Below, piece after piece: positions 35,487 through 48,817 of a stretch of 64,000 nucleotides of DNA (the stretch's first letter is position 1; every line of letters starts with the position of its first letter). This DNA is from Amphiscolops sp. MND2022 (lineage: Eukaryota), in contig OZ076409.1 of the NCBI GenBank assembly GCA_964187785.1, positions 12,154,001 through 12,218,000 of the forward strand. Direction: 5' to 3'. Made by a program: the position numbers and the translations under genes. A model generated the notes under the pieces. That model saw nothing but the letters and a program-made list of their open reading frames with translations. It ran no database searches and was not told the origin of the DNA.

Positions 35487-37097
35487 TTACGATAGGATCA
35501 ACTACCGGACGCAAAGCAGCAAACCGTTTTTTGGATTACATCTGACTTCTTGTGTTTTAAAAATGGCGCAAACTTCGGCCAAAGTTACTTTTTCGGCAGT
35601 TAGTCATTTAAGTATTCGTAATTTGTCATCTTTCCTTTTTGGGGGCCTGACTAAGTGTTGAGCAAATCAGTTTTCCTTACTTCGGTATTGAGGATTCGTC
35701 AGATGTACATTTTCTCATCACGAGTCGGTCCTGGTTCCACCTCCTTGTCAATCATGACTGGTGGTTTTACTTCGTTTTCAATAAAATTTGAGGGGCGGTG
35801 TTACTGACTCAGTTTTTTCCACTTTTGTAAGCACAACTTAAACTTCGGCTTAATGATTGACATTTGCACTTTTTTTGCCAGGTCTCTTTTTCCCACAAGT
35901 TCCAGACAACTCTCTCCAGCTAAATCTGGCTGAAGGAAATAATACTCTACAATTTACAATGACCTAAAAGGCGAATTTATTTTATATTCTGAAAAGTCGA
36001 TTTTCGTGTTACACATTCTAAGTGCAAAAACTAGGTGTTCCGATCACCGAAGGCTGAAACTAAGCACACTCTTTGGAAGGACATTTAGAGGGCTACAAAA
36101 ACGTTATGATCATTATCTTTCTATTTCAACTCCTTCACGGTGAAAAACGCCCTTGAAATAAGGTAGTCAAAAATCAGGTTTTGACATTTGCAAAACTCTC
36201 AACTTTGGAGGGCTCGTACTCATTCAATTTGAAAGGTACAGCGTGGGGGCTTATATACATCGCTAGCCCAAGCCATTAAAGTATTTTGCACTTTAGATGA
36301 TGTCTCTATCTTTTCTCAACAAAATGTGATAGCACTTTTTCTGAAAGTAGTCATTTTCTCGATGTTTATGTCCGGACTTTCAACTTTGGAGGCCAATATG
36401 TCAAAACCAGGTCCTTTTTCGGAAAAACGCTTCTGCTAAACGCTTTGTGCATGAGTCTTGTGCGTCTACCCTGAAAGTTTTAGCTCGATATCGCCCAAAA
36501 CATGCGGGGGTAGCATTTTGGTAGGTCAACATCCCTACGGCAGAAAGAAATCACAACTTTAAATTCTTAGGGGTTCTTCGCTAGTGCGCCGCAGCACTCT
36601 ATTTATTATTCTATTCACTCCTCCACTTCAATTCTCAAGTACGCTGTGAAGGAGGCGGTTATTGTGCGCTTACACGTTGAGTACTAAGCGATAACTTGCG
36701 AACAACGGCTATTTTGGCCATTTTAGGGCTGTTTTTAACGTTTGCTGGCTCAGTTCTCAAAAACTGCTGAATATTATTTATTTTCCATTTCACACAAGTT
36801 AGAATATTTTATTATCTTTATTTTAAGCCCATTTCCGAACCTTTTCTGACAACTGCGATCACACGAAAATTTTAAAGGAGACTCAGTTAAAGGAAACCGT
36901 GTGCGGCGGCCGTTTTCTTATTAGCTATGCGTACAGCCACTCACAGCGCGTTCTTAATTTCATTCCTTTCGCTTTCTGACACGCTTAGCTGAGGTGCATT
37001 CTATGCTTATCACGCTCACTGTGAGGTTTCACACTTAGCCACTCTTATTTACATTCGTGAACATAGCAGTTTGACTAACTTTCTAATCATCTTAAAA

Positions 37098-38090
37098 ATG
37101 GCTTCTTCATCTAGTTCCCGTTCTTTAAAGTATTCTACTGATTACTCAACACGACGTCAATGCGTGGTTGAACGAATGAATGATATTTATACTGGTTTTG
37201 TTAACAATAATAATGTTTCTGATTTTACTATAATTCATGAACTTTGGCCGCGTTTCCCTACTATTTCCCCTGTTAATTTTAATTCAATTTCTCCCCCACA
37301 GCCATGTATTTTTGCCGGTGTAAATACTGAGCCTAGAGGCGTTCTAAAGCAATTTTCTGATCAATCTAATTTAACTTGGGCCGATTTAGAGAATATTCCT
37401 GATCATCCTTTAATTAACATTACAGAAGGCCCGAAGTATTCTGTAACTCGTGAATTCATTAATTCTATGCAAGGGGATATGGATTTTGTTAACTGTATTA
37501 CTTCTTTTTCATTTGTAGACCAAATTGTGACCAGTTGTGTAGGTTTATTAATCCAAGGCCCTTGGTTTTCGTATGCGCATATTGAAGTTGGTGGAGGCGC
37601 TTCTTATGCACTTTTGCATACAGGAATTAAGATCTGGTGTTCTACGACTACGGATAGTTCTTCCCGCTTATTAGAACGCTGTTGTAATAATGCTGGTAGT
37701 TTCATCGATTTCTTTCAAATGGCGCCGCGTGAACGAGAGGCGAGTTATTTAAGGTTCACCATTCAACGGCCGGGTGACCTAATTTATATTCCCAGTTTGC
37801 GGGCTCATGCAGTTCTCACCTTCGATACAGGTAAGCCGACAAATTTATCGGGTTGGGATGCTTCAACAATTGCGGATTCGTCTGTTATTACACGGACATT
37901 AGATGAGTACAACGTGGGGGTAGGGCGTGGCACCTGGAAAAAAATTCTACGGACGCAAGTCAGGGACGATTTACGAAAGTGGGCGTTTTCGCTAGCAAAG
38001 GGCCCTCAAGCCTCGAAAGAGCAACTTTTTAAACATTGGAGTTATTGGGAGACTTATTGTCCGCATTTACTTAACAATTTATCTATTTAA
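37098..38090 (+). CDS. Intronless JmjC-domain (2-oxoglutarate/Fe(II) dioxygenase) protein, 330 aa
   Basis: SYAHIE (HxE, 37578-37586), GIKIW, IQRPGDLIYIPSLRAHAV (distal His 37806); AATAAA at 38159. Confidence 0.8.
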   Translation: MASSSSSRSLKYSTDYSTRRQCVVERMNDIYTGFVNNNNVSDFTIIHELWPRFPTISPVNFNSISPPQPCIFAGVNTEPRGVLKQFSDQSNLTWADLENIPDHPLINITEGPKYSVTREFINSMQGDMDFVNCITSFSFVDQIVTSCVGLLIQGPWFSYAHIEVGGGASYALLHTGIKIWCSTTTDSSSRLLERCCNNAGSFIDFFQMAPREREASYLRFTIQRPGDLIYIPSLRAHAVLTFDTGKPTNLSGWDASTIADSSVITRTLDEYNVGVGRGTWKKILRTQVRDDLRKWAFSLAKGPQASKEQLFKHWSYWETYCPHLLNNLSI

Positions 38091-38657
38091 TGTTTGTTGT
38101 TGCCTGATTTGATATCACACCCGGTTAGTCTAATAGAACCTTGCTGAATAATAATTTAAATAAACATCATGAAGTAAGCGAAAAGTCAAAAATCCTACTA
38201 AGCACCTTGACGTTTTAATGAACTGTTTTTGCATAACTCTCGATCTCACAGAGTCCAAAACAAGGAAAAGAAAAAAAGTTCGAAACCTTTTGTTTCTTCG
38301 AGTTGCCTGAATGAAATTTCTATGGTCATCAGTTGGCGTAAAAAGGGTTCCTCGAGACTGTTTTCATGATAGAGGACCGAAGATTTAAAAAAGTCTAATT
38401 ACAACATAATACGTTATATCCGAATTTTACAACTTTTTTCGAAGTAATTTTGTTATTCTGTAAAATAGAAACTGTTATTAGTTCCACTCGATTTGAAATT
38501 GTTTTGTAGACAACGCTTTTTTAATAGTTTTGAACCCCCAAGTTCCGCCAACCAACAGGCAACAAACACCGTGGAAAACCTATCTTCGAAGTTTTGTCGC
38601 TGTATCTGGATTAAATCATTCTATAATTGGTATTTCTGAAAACAGTAACTGCAATTA

Positions 38658-40284
38658 CAGTGCCTCACGAAAGTGTAACAATAGATAGGCATATTTCTAA
38701 TAAAGGGTATTTTAGTTCATAGACAAATGTTATGTTAGAAACAACCATATAATAAAACAACCATACTCTTCTCATGTTGTTTTCAATCACCGGAAGTTGT
38801 TTTTCTTCACGCTTTTTTCTGGTTGCACGTTGAATCATAAAACATTTATTGTTACAATTTCGTGTGCGCCATTACAAAAAGCAAAAACCACTTCCTACAT
38901 TATTTCAACTGTTAAATTTCCGTTTACAATTTTCATTCTTTGTCACTCACAGTCTCTAATTACTTGTTTCTGTTATGAAAGTTATACCCATCTCAACCAA
39001 AACGCAGATTTTCGAGTATGTAGCGGAGGGTTTATCTACAAGGCAAATTGCCAAGAAGGTGCCATCTGTTAGTCATATGACGGTGACCCGATTGAGGAGC
39101 GAGCATTTCAATGGCCTTGCAAAACCAAAAGCAGGTCGTCCATCAAAATTAACTCCATATGACAAAAGAAAACTCGTCCGAGACATGTCGTCAGGAAGGA
39201 TACAAACAGCTGTTGATGCGGCTAAAGAGCTCTCAAATACAATGGAAACACAATTGCACCCTGAAGCTATCCGGCGAGTATTGAGGAAAAGTGGTTTGAA
39301 AGCAATCAAGAAAAAGAAGAAACCTTTCTTGAGTAGAAAACACAGACAACAAAGATTGGAATTCGCACGGAAGTATTCCAACTGGACACCAGAAGATTTC
39401 AAGCGTGTCATATGGTCTGATGAAACCAAAATAAACAGATTTGGTTCCGATGGGCTCCAGTGGGTGTGGAAAAAGCCTAAAGCACCATTATTGGACTGCC
39501 ACGTGCAGGGTACGTTTAAACACGGAGGTGGAAGCCTGATGCTATGGGGATGTATGACTTCTTTGGGAATTGGTCAGGCGTGTAAAATAGAGGGAAACAT
39601 GGACAGCCAGCTTTATTGCGAGATTTTATCAGATAATCTCATGGGTACAATACGACACTATGGATGGGGACGAGATGACATCGTTTTTCAACAGGATAAC
39701 GACCCTAAACACACCTCAAAATTGGCGAAAGACTGGTTTGAGGAAAATGGAATAACAGTTATGGACTGGCCTCCTCAATCACCGGATTTAAATCCAATTG
39801 AACACCTTTGGCACACGCTGAAGTACCAATTGCGAATGTATTCTAAACCTCCTGAGAGCGTTGCTGAGCTGTGGGAACGGGTGCAAGACGAGTGGAACAA
39901 AATACCAGTTGAGACAGTTCAAAACCTTATCGATAGTATGCCCAAGCGCATAAACGCTGTTTTGAAGGCTCGGGGTGGTTATACTAAATACTGAAACACT
40001 GTTCCTGTTCTTATATTCTGTTTTTTTAAGTGTATAAAAACGTTTATTCAAATTCATTTTCTAAAACATAACCACACACGAAATTGTAACAATACAATTT
40101 TTCAGTAGAGTGCTTGTGAATACATGTAAAAAACTCGAAAATATAAACCAAAACAATATACATTAATGCAACGTGTTTAACAAACATATTGAAAGCTTAC
40201 TTAGTTTAAATGCTGTACCCTTCTGAGAGAAAAAGAAGATCTCACTTTTTTAAAAGTCTATTGTTACAATTTCGTTAGGCACTG
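38658..40284 (+). mobile_element. Intact Tc1-family DNA transposon (1627 bp)
   Basis: TA TSD on both sides; 28-bp TIRs CAGTGCCTMACGAAAKTGTAACAATAGA (2 mismatches); transposase inside. Confidence 0.96.
38975..39994 (+). CDS. Tc1 DD34E transposase, 339 aa
   Basis: HTH N-terminus with GRP, VIWSDETK, FQQDNDPKH, SPDLNPIEHLW; 34 residues between the second D and the E. Confidence 0.96.
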   Translation: MKVIPISTKTQIFEYVAEGLSTRQIAKKVPSVSHMTVTRLRSEHFNGLAKPKAGRPSKLTPYDKRKLVRDMSSGRIQTAVDAAKELSNTMETQLHPEAIRRVLRKSGLKAIKKKKKPFLSRKHRQQRLEFARKYSNWTPEDFKRVIWSDETKINRFGSDGLQWVWKKPKAPLLDCHVQGTFKHGGGSLMLWGCMTSLGIGQACKIEGNMDSQLYCEILSDNLMGTIRHYGWGRDDIVFQQDNDPKHTSKLAKDWFEENGITVMDWPPQSPDLNPIEHLWHTLKYQLRMYSKPPESVAELWERVQDEWNKIPVETVQNLIDSMPKRINAVLKARGGYTKY

Positions 40285-43200
40285 TAGAATGATTCTGTTT
40301 GAAAAGATGATTAACCTGGCGTGAGATAGAATCGTACCCTTAACAACGCGTTTCATGCTTAACAAGACGCAGGAAGACAGAAAAATATTTTCCGAAGTTA
40401 TTACCGTTCAAATCGTTTACAAAATACGGTATTTCTGTTGATGAAAAAACAGATGAAAAAAACGATATTCCTGGAATAAAAAATTTCCAAACGAAAAATA
40501 TAGAGTTCGAAACATTTAAGGGGGACACTTTGTTGTAAAAAAAACAAGAACTACTTATATCAAAAATAAAGGGGACTCTTTTGAAAACTCCCAAAGCTTT
40601 TAGAAAAAGTGACGAAAATGAACAACAAAAATTTCTTGAACGTTGCAAAAGTATGATAGAAATAAAAGCGAGGATCATTTAAATTAATCAAAATCAAAAT
40701 CACGAAAAGCCACCATATTAGTCGCGTTTTATTCCGTGAAGCACCGACTAAGAATAAAGCCAAGCCGAGGAAACGTAAAAAGATAAAAAGTCGAGAAGCC
40801 TTCAAACTTTAGAGCATTTTAAAAAATCAATTCGTCTGCAAAATTCTTCTAACTGTTGCTAGTGTACTAAATGTTGCTGTCATCTTGCCTCCAAAAACAA
40901 TCGGGAGTAATATCTGGAGTAAAGAGCTATCCGAAGTTTTGACCTTGTATCCGGACTTCTTTGCGTTTTAATAAGGAGGAGGCAGAGGTTCGAAAACAGA
41001 AGTTTTTCATGGAAACATCCTATGCATATTTTGAAAAATGTGCTTTTTCAGCCTTAGGTATAGCACCGACTTTAGACGTTCTCTTGTTGTTCTTGTTTTG
41101 CATTTAGACGTTATTCCTCTTTCTAAATGACAAGAGAGTTGCGAAACATGAAAGAGTTTCTTCCTTCAGTCTCGAAACTTGAACTCGCAATTTCATAATT
41201 TTCCTGTTTGTGAAATATAATTACCTTTTATATATTACCTTTACCAAAATATTTACCACTGAAGTAGTTCATTATGATATCTCTTGCATTTCAACCTTGT
41301 AATTGAGCATTTCATCCTCTGAAAAAAATACATTTATCTTTTTTTTCAATGTATTTTTTGTAACAAGCACTTTGATAAAACTGACATTGTTACTTTTTTT
41401 AAACAAAATATCTGTTGAATGTTGTCAGGTAATGAATATGGAAAATGTCTTACTTCAAGACCAAATTAGGAGCATAAATCAATCTTTGACAATTTTTTTC
41501 AAGAGCTGCAGCTCAGTATGTTACCTTTAATGACGTCAATGCTACAACATAAATTTTTGGTTTTTTAGTTTGAAGTTGTTTCAAGTATTTTTGAAATAAT
41601 TTCAAGTACTTTTTGCAAGATTGAATGAAGGAGTTACCTCGGAATTGAGATTTTCACGGATCTCCAAATTAACAACTTTCGGGGATTAAAGTACTTGAAC
41701 TGTGTTCTGGTCTCGAATAGTACTTTCTGATGGAAAAAGTGCGATGTGATTATAAAAAAATAGTAGATTGGAGTTTTCAAAGGTGAGGCTATGCAGATGT
41801 TCTAGATTTAGAATTTTATATGGCGGCGACCTTCAGGAAATGAATTTTTTCATTTCATCATCATTTTTTGGGCTTTTTCAGTCGCCCCAACATTTGTTGT
41901 CAGAAAATTAGTGAAAATATTGAAACAAAAAACTTGAAACATAACCTGAAACCTGTAATTTTATTTTTTCTTAACTCAGTATGACAGTTTAAAAGCTAGA
42001 TACAAACTTTGTTCACCCTATTTTTCCTTGTGAATTCATGCAGGCTTAATGAGAAATTAATCAGCTTTCTGTTCTGAGTCACAAAAAAAGCAGTTAATTC
42101 AAGCACAATTAGTCAAAATGCGTGAAAAATGTTTTGTTCAATTGAAAAACTATCCTAATTGACGTTAACTTCCTGTTATGGAAGAAGATTTTGCTTCTAA
42201 TTAGGTCAGTCTGAAATTTGTTTGGAATTTTTTTGAGAATTTTTGATGATGGGGGAAAACAAGAAAAGAGCCAATGTTTGCTATATCATCTTATTGGTTA
42301 ACTAAAAAGGAAAGCTTATCCAAAAGTGCTCAAAAGATTTTATACCCATATAGCTACATAGATCCAACTTGACCCCCCACGTGTCTAAGTTTTAGGTCTT
42401 TTTTTTAAACATGGCTAGCAACCGAAATGTAGAAATTTATGCACTTCGGAGGGAGTATGGAAAACAAGACTGTAGCTATGACAATTGATTTTTCTACAAA
42501 AATTCTAGGCTCTTTTCAGTCCTCTCTCCCCCACATACTATCAAAATTTTGATAAGAATTTTTTAAAAAGTTTTTCAAATTGGCTTGATTAAAATTGAAT
42601 CCATCAGAATTTAACGTCTATTGGAATAGGTTTTCGTTTGAACAAACAATTTTTCACGCATTCTGATTGGGATTATGTTGAAAAATAACTGTTTCTTGTG
42701 GCGCAAAAAGGAAAACTGTTGATTTCCTAATCAACAATGCGTGACTTCGTTGGAAGAAAAAGTGTGAACAAAGTTCACTTCTGGGTCCTAAACTGTCACC
42801 TTGAAATTAAATTCAAAATTAAATGTTTCTAATTGGGTTTCATGTTTTTTTGTCTTAGTATTTTCACTAATTTCTAAAAAAAACTTTGGTGGTATAGGGA
42901 AAACAGAAAAGAAACAAATTGTAGCAACTTGATAATCCAACCCTCAAACAACTGCTGGCATTTTTCACTGGCGTTGGGCCAGACAATAGATATTTGCTGA
43001 AAGTGCTGGAGGTCTTGTGGTATCAAGACAGAAAAAACGCATCCGAAGGGTCATTATCTGTGTCTGGTGGCGAAAAGAAGAAACCCCAGATTACTATCTT
43101 TTGGCTAGGTTTTTTCAAGTGCCACTTTCATGTGGTCTCTGCAGACATTGAATTTTCGACGTGTAATATCTAGAACTGGTAAATTAAATGCAACCTTGAA

Positions 43201-43883
43201 TTCATTTCCACGCGCTATGAATGTTGTTAAAACAGAATATACGTCTCTATTGTCGCAAGTTTTCTTTAAAATCCAAGACCTCATGTCACTCTATGCTTTG
43301 TAAATAGACGGTATTGTCGCAATTTTTTCAAACTGATATAATTTTTCTCTATCGAATATTTTTCTGTCACACAAATGTACCTCGACGGGGAATTAATTAC
43401 TACATGTATTTTTTACCATTTTATGCTGGCATTATTCCGTTATACAACCGTCTTTAAGTAACAGAAAATAATGTTTTTTGTAGAAGGACTATTGTTGCGT
43501 GGGTTAATTGAAACTTTCAGCCAATTTTTTCATTAGCAAATCATTTCAGAAGATTGCAGCACTTGGGGCGCTTTGTCATTACTCAAATCAAAAATTGGAT
43601 ATTGTCTTGACAGGACACGATAGAAAAAAAAACACTTCAGGCTACTCGACTTCTCTCCATCCCTTAGAGCCTTTTCCATGCCTCTCTCATTATTTTATTC
43701 TCCTCTGGGATTAACTGCGTGAAATATTTCCACAGATTTAATCTAACCTCAATTCTGCCAAAATGAGTGTCTCTTGGCGCATGTTAAAACAACACAAATA
43801 TAATAACACTTTGACAGCAGGCCCTTCTGAAAGCACATGCGTTACTAGGTGAACCAAAAAAACAACACAGAAAAATATTCACT

Positions 43884-44025
43884 CTTCAAAATTGTAATAT
43901 TTGAAAACAAGACACACAGAATCTTTCATATTAGCCGTCAATCATCCTCTCATTACGTAATCCAATCTCCAACAAAGAATAATGCGAATCTTCAGAAAAA
44001 GTCGAGAAGTCTTTACAAGCCATTT
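43884..44025 (+). repeat. Dispersed repeat, second copy at ~47451-47591
   Basis: Shared TTCAAAATTGTAATRTTTGAAAACAAGACAC...CAATCATCCTCTCATTACGTAATCCAATCT...TCAGAAAAAGTC. Confidence 0.75.
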
Positions 44026-47000
44026 CGTTCACACTTTAGAAGCGTAAATGTTTCTTGGCTTCGACGAAAAGATGTCGAATTGAATAACTGGCAAGCCGCA
44101 TTGCAATGTTCAGAGTTGGTCGAAACGTTTGCTGACAAATACGTGAAACTATGAGAGACCAAAAATTATCATACGTTTCGTTTTTTATGATTCATCCAAA
44201 GTATTGTGGTTAAAAATCGTCCCACGGGGCGATTTTAGGCTCGATTTTTTCAAAATCTGTTGGTAATTTTGAAAAACATCCGAGATAAAAGTTTCTTATA
44301 ATTTCATCTGATTTTTATTAGTGCAGTGTTGTTGAAATTCTTCTGGGACAAAAATTGAGAAAGTTACAAATGGCTGCTTTTGAAAGTTTGGGACTTTTTT
44401 CCGTTTTTCCAATTTTTGACCACTTCATCCACAGTTTCATTGGCATGTTTTATGCTCAATTAAGTACCACAAATCTACTAAATCCATGCATGGCAAAAAT
44501 AAACCATTCTCGAAAAATCAGGTTTGGAAGGTAAAATTTGGTCGATTTATATGTATTAGGATAGGAGGTGAACGTTTCGCGATGAAAAGTGCGAATATTT
44601 TTTCTTTTGGAATGTTTTTGGAAGAAAAAATATATCATTGATTTCTAGACAATCTGCAGAAACCTATGAATTTAAAATTTATAGGAAACTTTTTCAGAAA
44701 CCTGTCCAAAACTGGGAAAATGGTAGAAGTGTTCTTCTTTCGGAGCCTGAGATTTCACTTGATGCGCCAATCAGAACTGAAAGTGAGAGCAAATAAGCAA
44801 TTCTAATAACAACCCTGGTTGGAACTGCTTGAACTTTTCACAAGTTTTTGTAGGTTACCAAGCTAATTTTTCATGATTTTGTAAAATTCTCGAGGAAACG
44901 TCCATGCATTAAAACTTCACGGATGCAATTCAAGTTTATCAGGCTGCCTATAAGATAAATCGCTAATTTGGCGGCAACATCGAGCCGCGAAGTTTTGCAG
45001 GTTTCATGAAGACGCCGTTCTAGTTTTGAAAGCAGCTGAGGCCATCATTTTCACCGCGGTTTCAATGCAAATAAATTTCAGTCACATTATAAGTTTCAAA
45101 GTAGCGTCATATTCAGCGTGCTATTTGACTAACGGTGTTTACATAAGATACTTACTTGAGAAACTTACGCGTGAAAACAAAGTGATCGCGGTGGTGAAGT
45201 AGAGGAAATATTTTTAGTTTCAACTCAAACAGTGAAAGCTGCATGGTAATCCTACAAAATGTTTCCATGCATGGTCCCTGAATTTTCCATGTTTTATAGA
45301 AAAAATTAGCCGGCATGTTTCAATGCAGCATGTAAAAAGTTCAGACAATCTCGGCTAGGGAACGCTCAGCGCATAGGGGGACGATTTCTTAATCACAGTT
45401 CTGTAGTAGTATCTAAAAATTGGCAATTTATTTTCCATCTTTCCCATTAACCAAGCAATATCTTGAATGTACAAAAGTGCAAAAATGAGACCATTTCAAA
45501 TTTTACTTTCTTTTTGTGACGTCAATTCGGAATTTGCCAAACAGTTTTTGCTGGAGACATTTTTGTGTCAATTTCATCAAAATACTGCAGTGGGTATTGA
45601 TCTTTTTGTGCACTTTTAGAATTTCAAATTTCAATATCTCTGTTTACTTGGCCTCAGTTTTTCACCTGGTTTTTCAAAATGAAAAGCACTTCCTCGTTAC
45701 CTGTGCAAAAAGTGCGGGCTGCAACTGAAAAGTGAGGCTTTGCTTGCATTGATATTCTAGTTTCAGGATATTACATATATGTGTATGGCCTTGGCTGATA
45801 AATTATGCAAGTCCTTACTAGACATGAAAGCTCCACTGAGAAGTTGCAACATTCCGCTAGACGTTATTTTTGCACAGAGGTGTTTATTGGGACGTTTAAG
45901 CTCCGATATCTAACATAAAAGAAATAAGCTGTCAAGAATTCTTCAACGAAACGTGAACTTGCGGAAAATGTGCATGCCGTGAATTGTGAGCTGTCTTCTT
46001 GATGACGCAATTAATTTTTAGTAGGCACTTTCTTTTCAAAGGAAAGGAGCGACTATATTAGTGGCTTTTTTCAAGACCAGCGAACTGACAGATTTTTATA
46101 AGCACCTCTGCTTATAATTTTAAACCATAGTAACTTCTACCTTCCTTTTGGGCTTTGAGTTAACTCGAATTTCTTAGAAGTTTGAGACGAGATATGATAT
46201 GAGAAGCATGAATTCCAGTCTCGCGCAATACCGAAATTGTTTTATGCTAGCAAAAGAATTTTTTTAATTTATGCATTTCATCAAACACCAACCAGGAGCG
46301 TTCGTATGAAACGAATTTTGTTTATAATGAAATTTCCAGCGGAAATATGGAAAAATATCAAATATGAAATCAGGGAAACCTCCCAAAGGATTTTGGAGCC
46401 AAATTTTTGAATAAGATTGATAACGTTGTAATAACACAGAGCAAAGTTTGGTACCAATTGACATATTGTCTTTTTAGACCTGTCACTGTAGTATACGAAT
46501 ACAGTATACTAATTTCAGTTCACCAATTCTTTATTTTAGTGGTGCTTAAGAGCATTACTTTTACTAAATATAAATGAAAGTTAAGGCCTTTTTTCTTGGA
46601 TTTTCCCAGATTTCTTGGCAAGACTCTTGGCATTTCGTGGATTGTCTTGGATTTCTTGACAAGATTCTTGGCATTTCTTGGATTTATTGACAAGATTCTT
46701 GGTTTTCCCCCGAGTGGTTTTTTGTACTAAAAACCCTTTTTGTGCATATTTTCAGTCGAAAAAATTAGGCATTTTTCTTGAAGTTCTTGGGAAGATCTTG
46801 CAAGATCGTACATATTCTTGGCTCTCTTGGTAAGAATCTTGTCAAGATTCTTACCAAGGCTTTCAGGAAATTGCAAGATTCTTTTCAAGAGTTTCAAGAT
46901 ATTTTCCACTGGGGGCCACTTTAGGTCTTTTCCGTACTATGCGACCTGCCAACCGTTTTTTGATAAATTTTTCGAGTGATCGAAGTGTACCCCCTTCACT

Positions 47001-48434
47001 TTATTAAATGTTCTCGGCTACCAAAAAACGTTTGGCTAGCGAAAAGCTGCTTTTTCGGCACTGTGAGACTTTTTTCCGAAAAAAAAATGTTTCGAAAATG
47101 AATTTTTCAAAAAAAATTCAGTTTTTCGATGCTCCCAGTTGGGAAAAAAGCGGATCTCCAGACTTGCGCGCATCCTTTTGCTTTTAAAAAAAACTTTTAT
47201 AACCTTAAGCGGGGTGCCGATTTGGGCAGTTCCCGGGTTGTTAAATGTTGCAGCATAAAAGCTCGGTAACTCCGAGCATTGTAACAACAGATTGGGTCTT
47301 TTGCACCAGAGTACTTGTACATGCTACTCTAGCTCACGCAGAGTGGTAATTGCGATTGTGTTTCATGAGACAAATGCTGAGCACCAGCAGTAGTTCTAGA
47401 GCAACAACGTATATTCAAGACTCGTCCATAACCACTGAATCTATTCGTTTTTCAAAATTGTAATGTTTGAAAACAAGACACTCAGGATATTTCATATTCT
47501 CCGCCAATCATCCTCTCATTACGTAATCCAATCTTCGACAAAGAATAATGCGAGCCTTCAGAAAAAGTCTAGAAGTCTTTACCAGCCATTTGAGCTTGTT
47601 TTTCGCCCATAACCACTTGTTCAAAAATGCGTTTAAAATTCAAAACTTGTTTAAAAATCAAAACATGGATTTTGGAATACTTTTCGGATCCTTTTTGTTA
47701 AGTTCAGCGTATTTCAATAGTAACTTTTTAGTACTTTTCAATTTGAGCACTTTTCAACAAGGAAAACTACTAAGCTCACGTGTAGCCAAAAGACTACAAA
47801 GTTGCAAAGAAAATGGAGAAATTGAAAAATTAATCACATTCTGGTTATATTTTACCATCACATTTTTTTTCATTTTTTGCATTTCCTTCATTCAACAATG
47901 TTCTTATTTCTTCATACAAGAGTATGCTGAGTCGTTGAACAATTTTTTGTTGAATTACTGGTTATTATTTTCCGACCCCACATTTTATGAATGGGAGGAA
48001 AATCATGATCTGTGACGCGTTTTTTTTTTCAAATTTTGCCAAATCTCCGCAATCTCCACCTTTTGATTACTTGACTATTTTATATAGCTACTAGTAACTA
48101 AAATAGTCAAGTAACTAAAATAGCATACAGCGGGAATAATATCTAAAGTCAAAAAAGGGAATAAGATCTAAAGTGAACAAGATCTAAAATTTCAGGGCAG
48201 GAATAAGATTTAAAAGGAATAAGATCTGAAATCACTAAATTTTAGATCTTATTCTTTAGATCCTATTCCCCCCTCCCAAAATAGCTATGGCTCAGTTGGT
48301 GAAGGCGAACAGGGCGGAAAATATCCCGGTGCTTAGCGGGCGTCTTGTTGAAGAACTAATTTGAATTGCCTAAAAATTGAAACTTGAGGAGAAAGAAAAC
48401 GTTTACTTGTGAATAAGTAGTCCTTCTTTTCTTT

Positions 48435-48817
48435 GTCAGCACTCTTTTCGGAAACTACTTCCCCATAGCAAGCCACGATACCATTTTTGCAACCAGATCG
48501 TCAAGCAATGGTTTCGTCAAGCAATGGTTGCGTCAAGCAATGGTTGCGTCAAGCAATGGTTGCGTCAAGCAACCAGATCGTCGCGTTCAAGTTGCGGTTT
48601 CGAAGTAAAATGCTCTCAATGTCACAAAAGCCTGACTAATCGTCGTTGCTCTTTTATTTTTGATTTCTTGGCGAAATGTGTGTTTTTCCAAAAAACCATG
48701 CCACTAAGCTAGATAAGAAGAACTAAGCTATTCATCAAATCAATCATGCCATGATCCGTTTGCAAAAATGGTATTGTGGCTTGCTATGAGGAAGTAGTTT
48801 CCGAAGAGAGTGCCGAC
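48435..48817. mobile_element. MITE with ~58-bp TIRs and an internal 16-bp tandem repeat (GCGTCAAGCAATGGTT)
   Basis: GTCAGCACTCTTTTCGGAAACTACTTCCCCATAGCAAGCCACGATACCATTTTTGCAA is inverted at 48760-48817 with 4 mismatches; a related fragment lies at ~8313-8360. Confidence 0.8.

Noticed and set aside
47548..48015. 155-aa ORF
   Set aside because: F/L/K/N-rich translation of AT-rich repeat DNA; begins inside a dispersed repeat; no motif.
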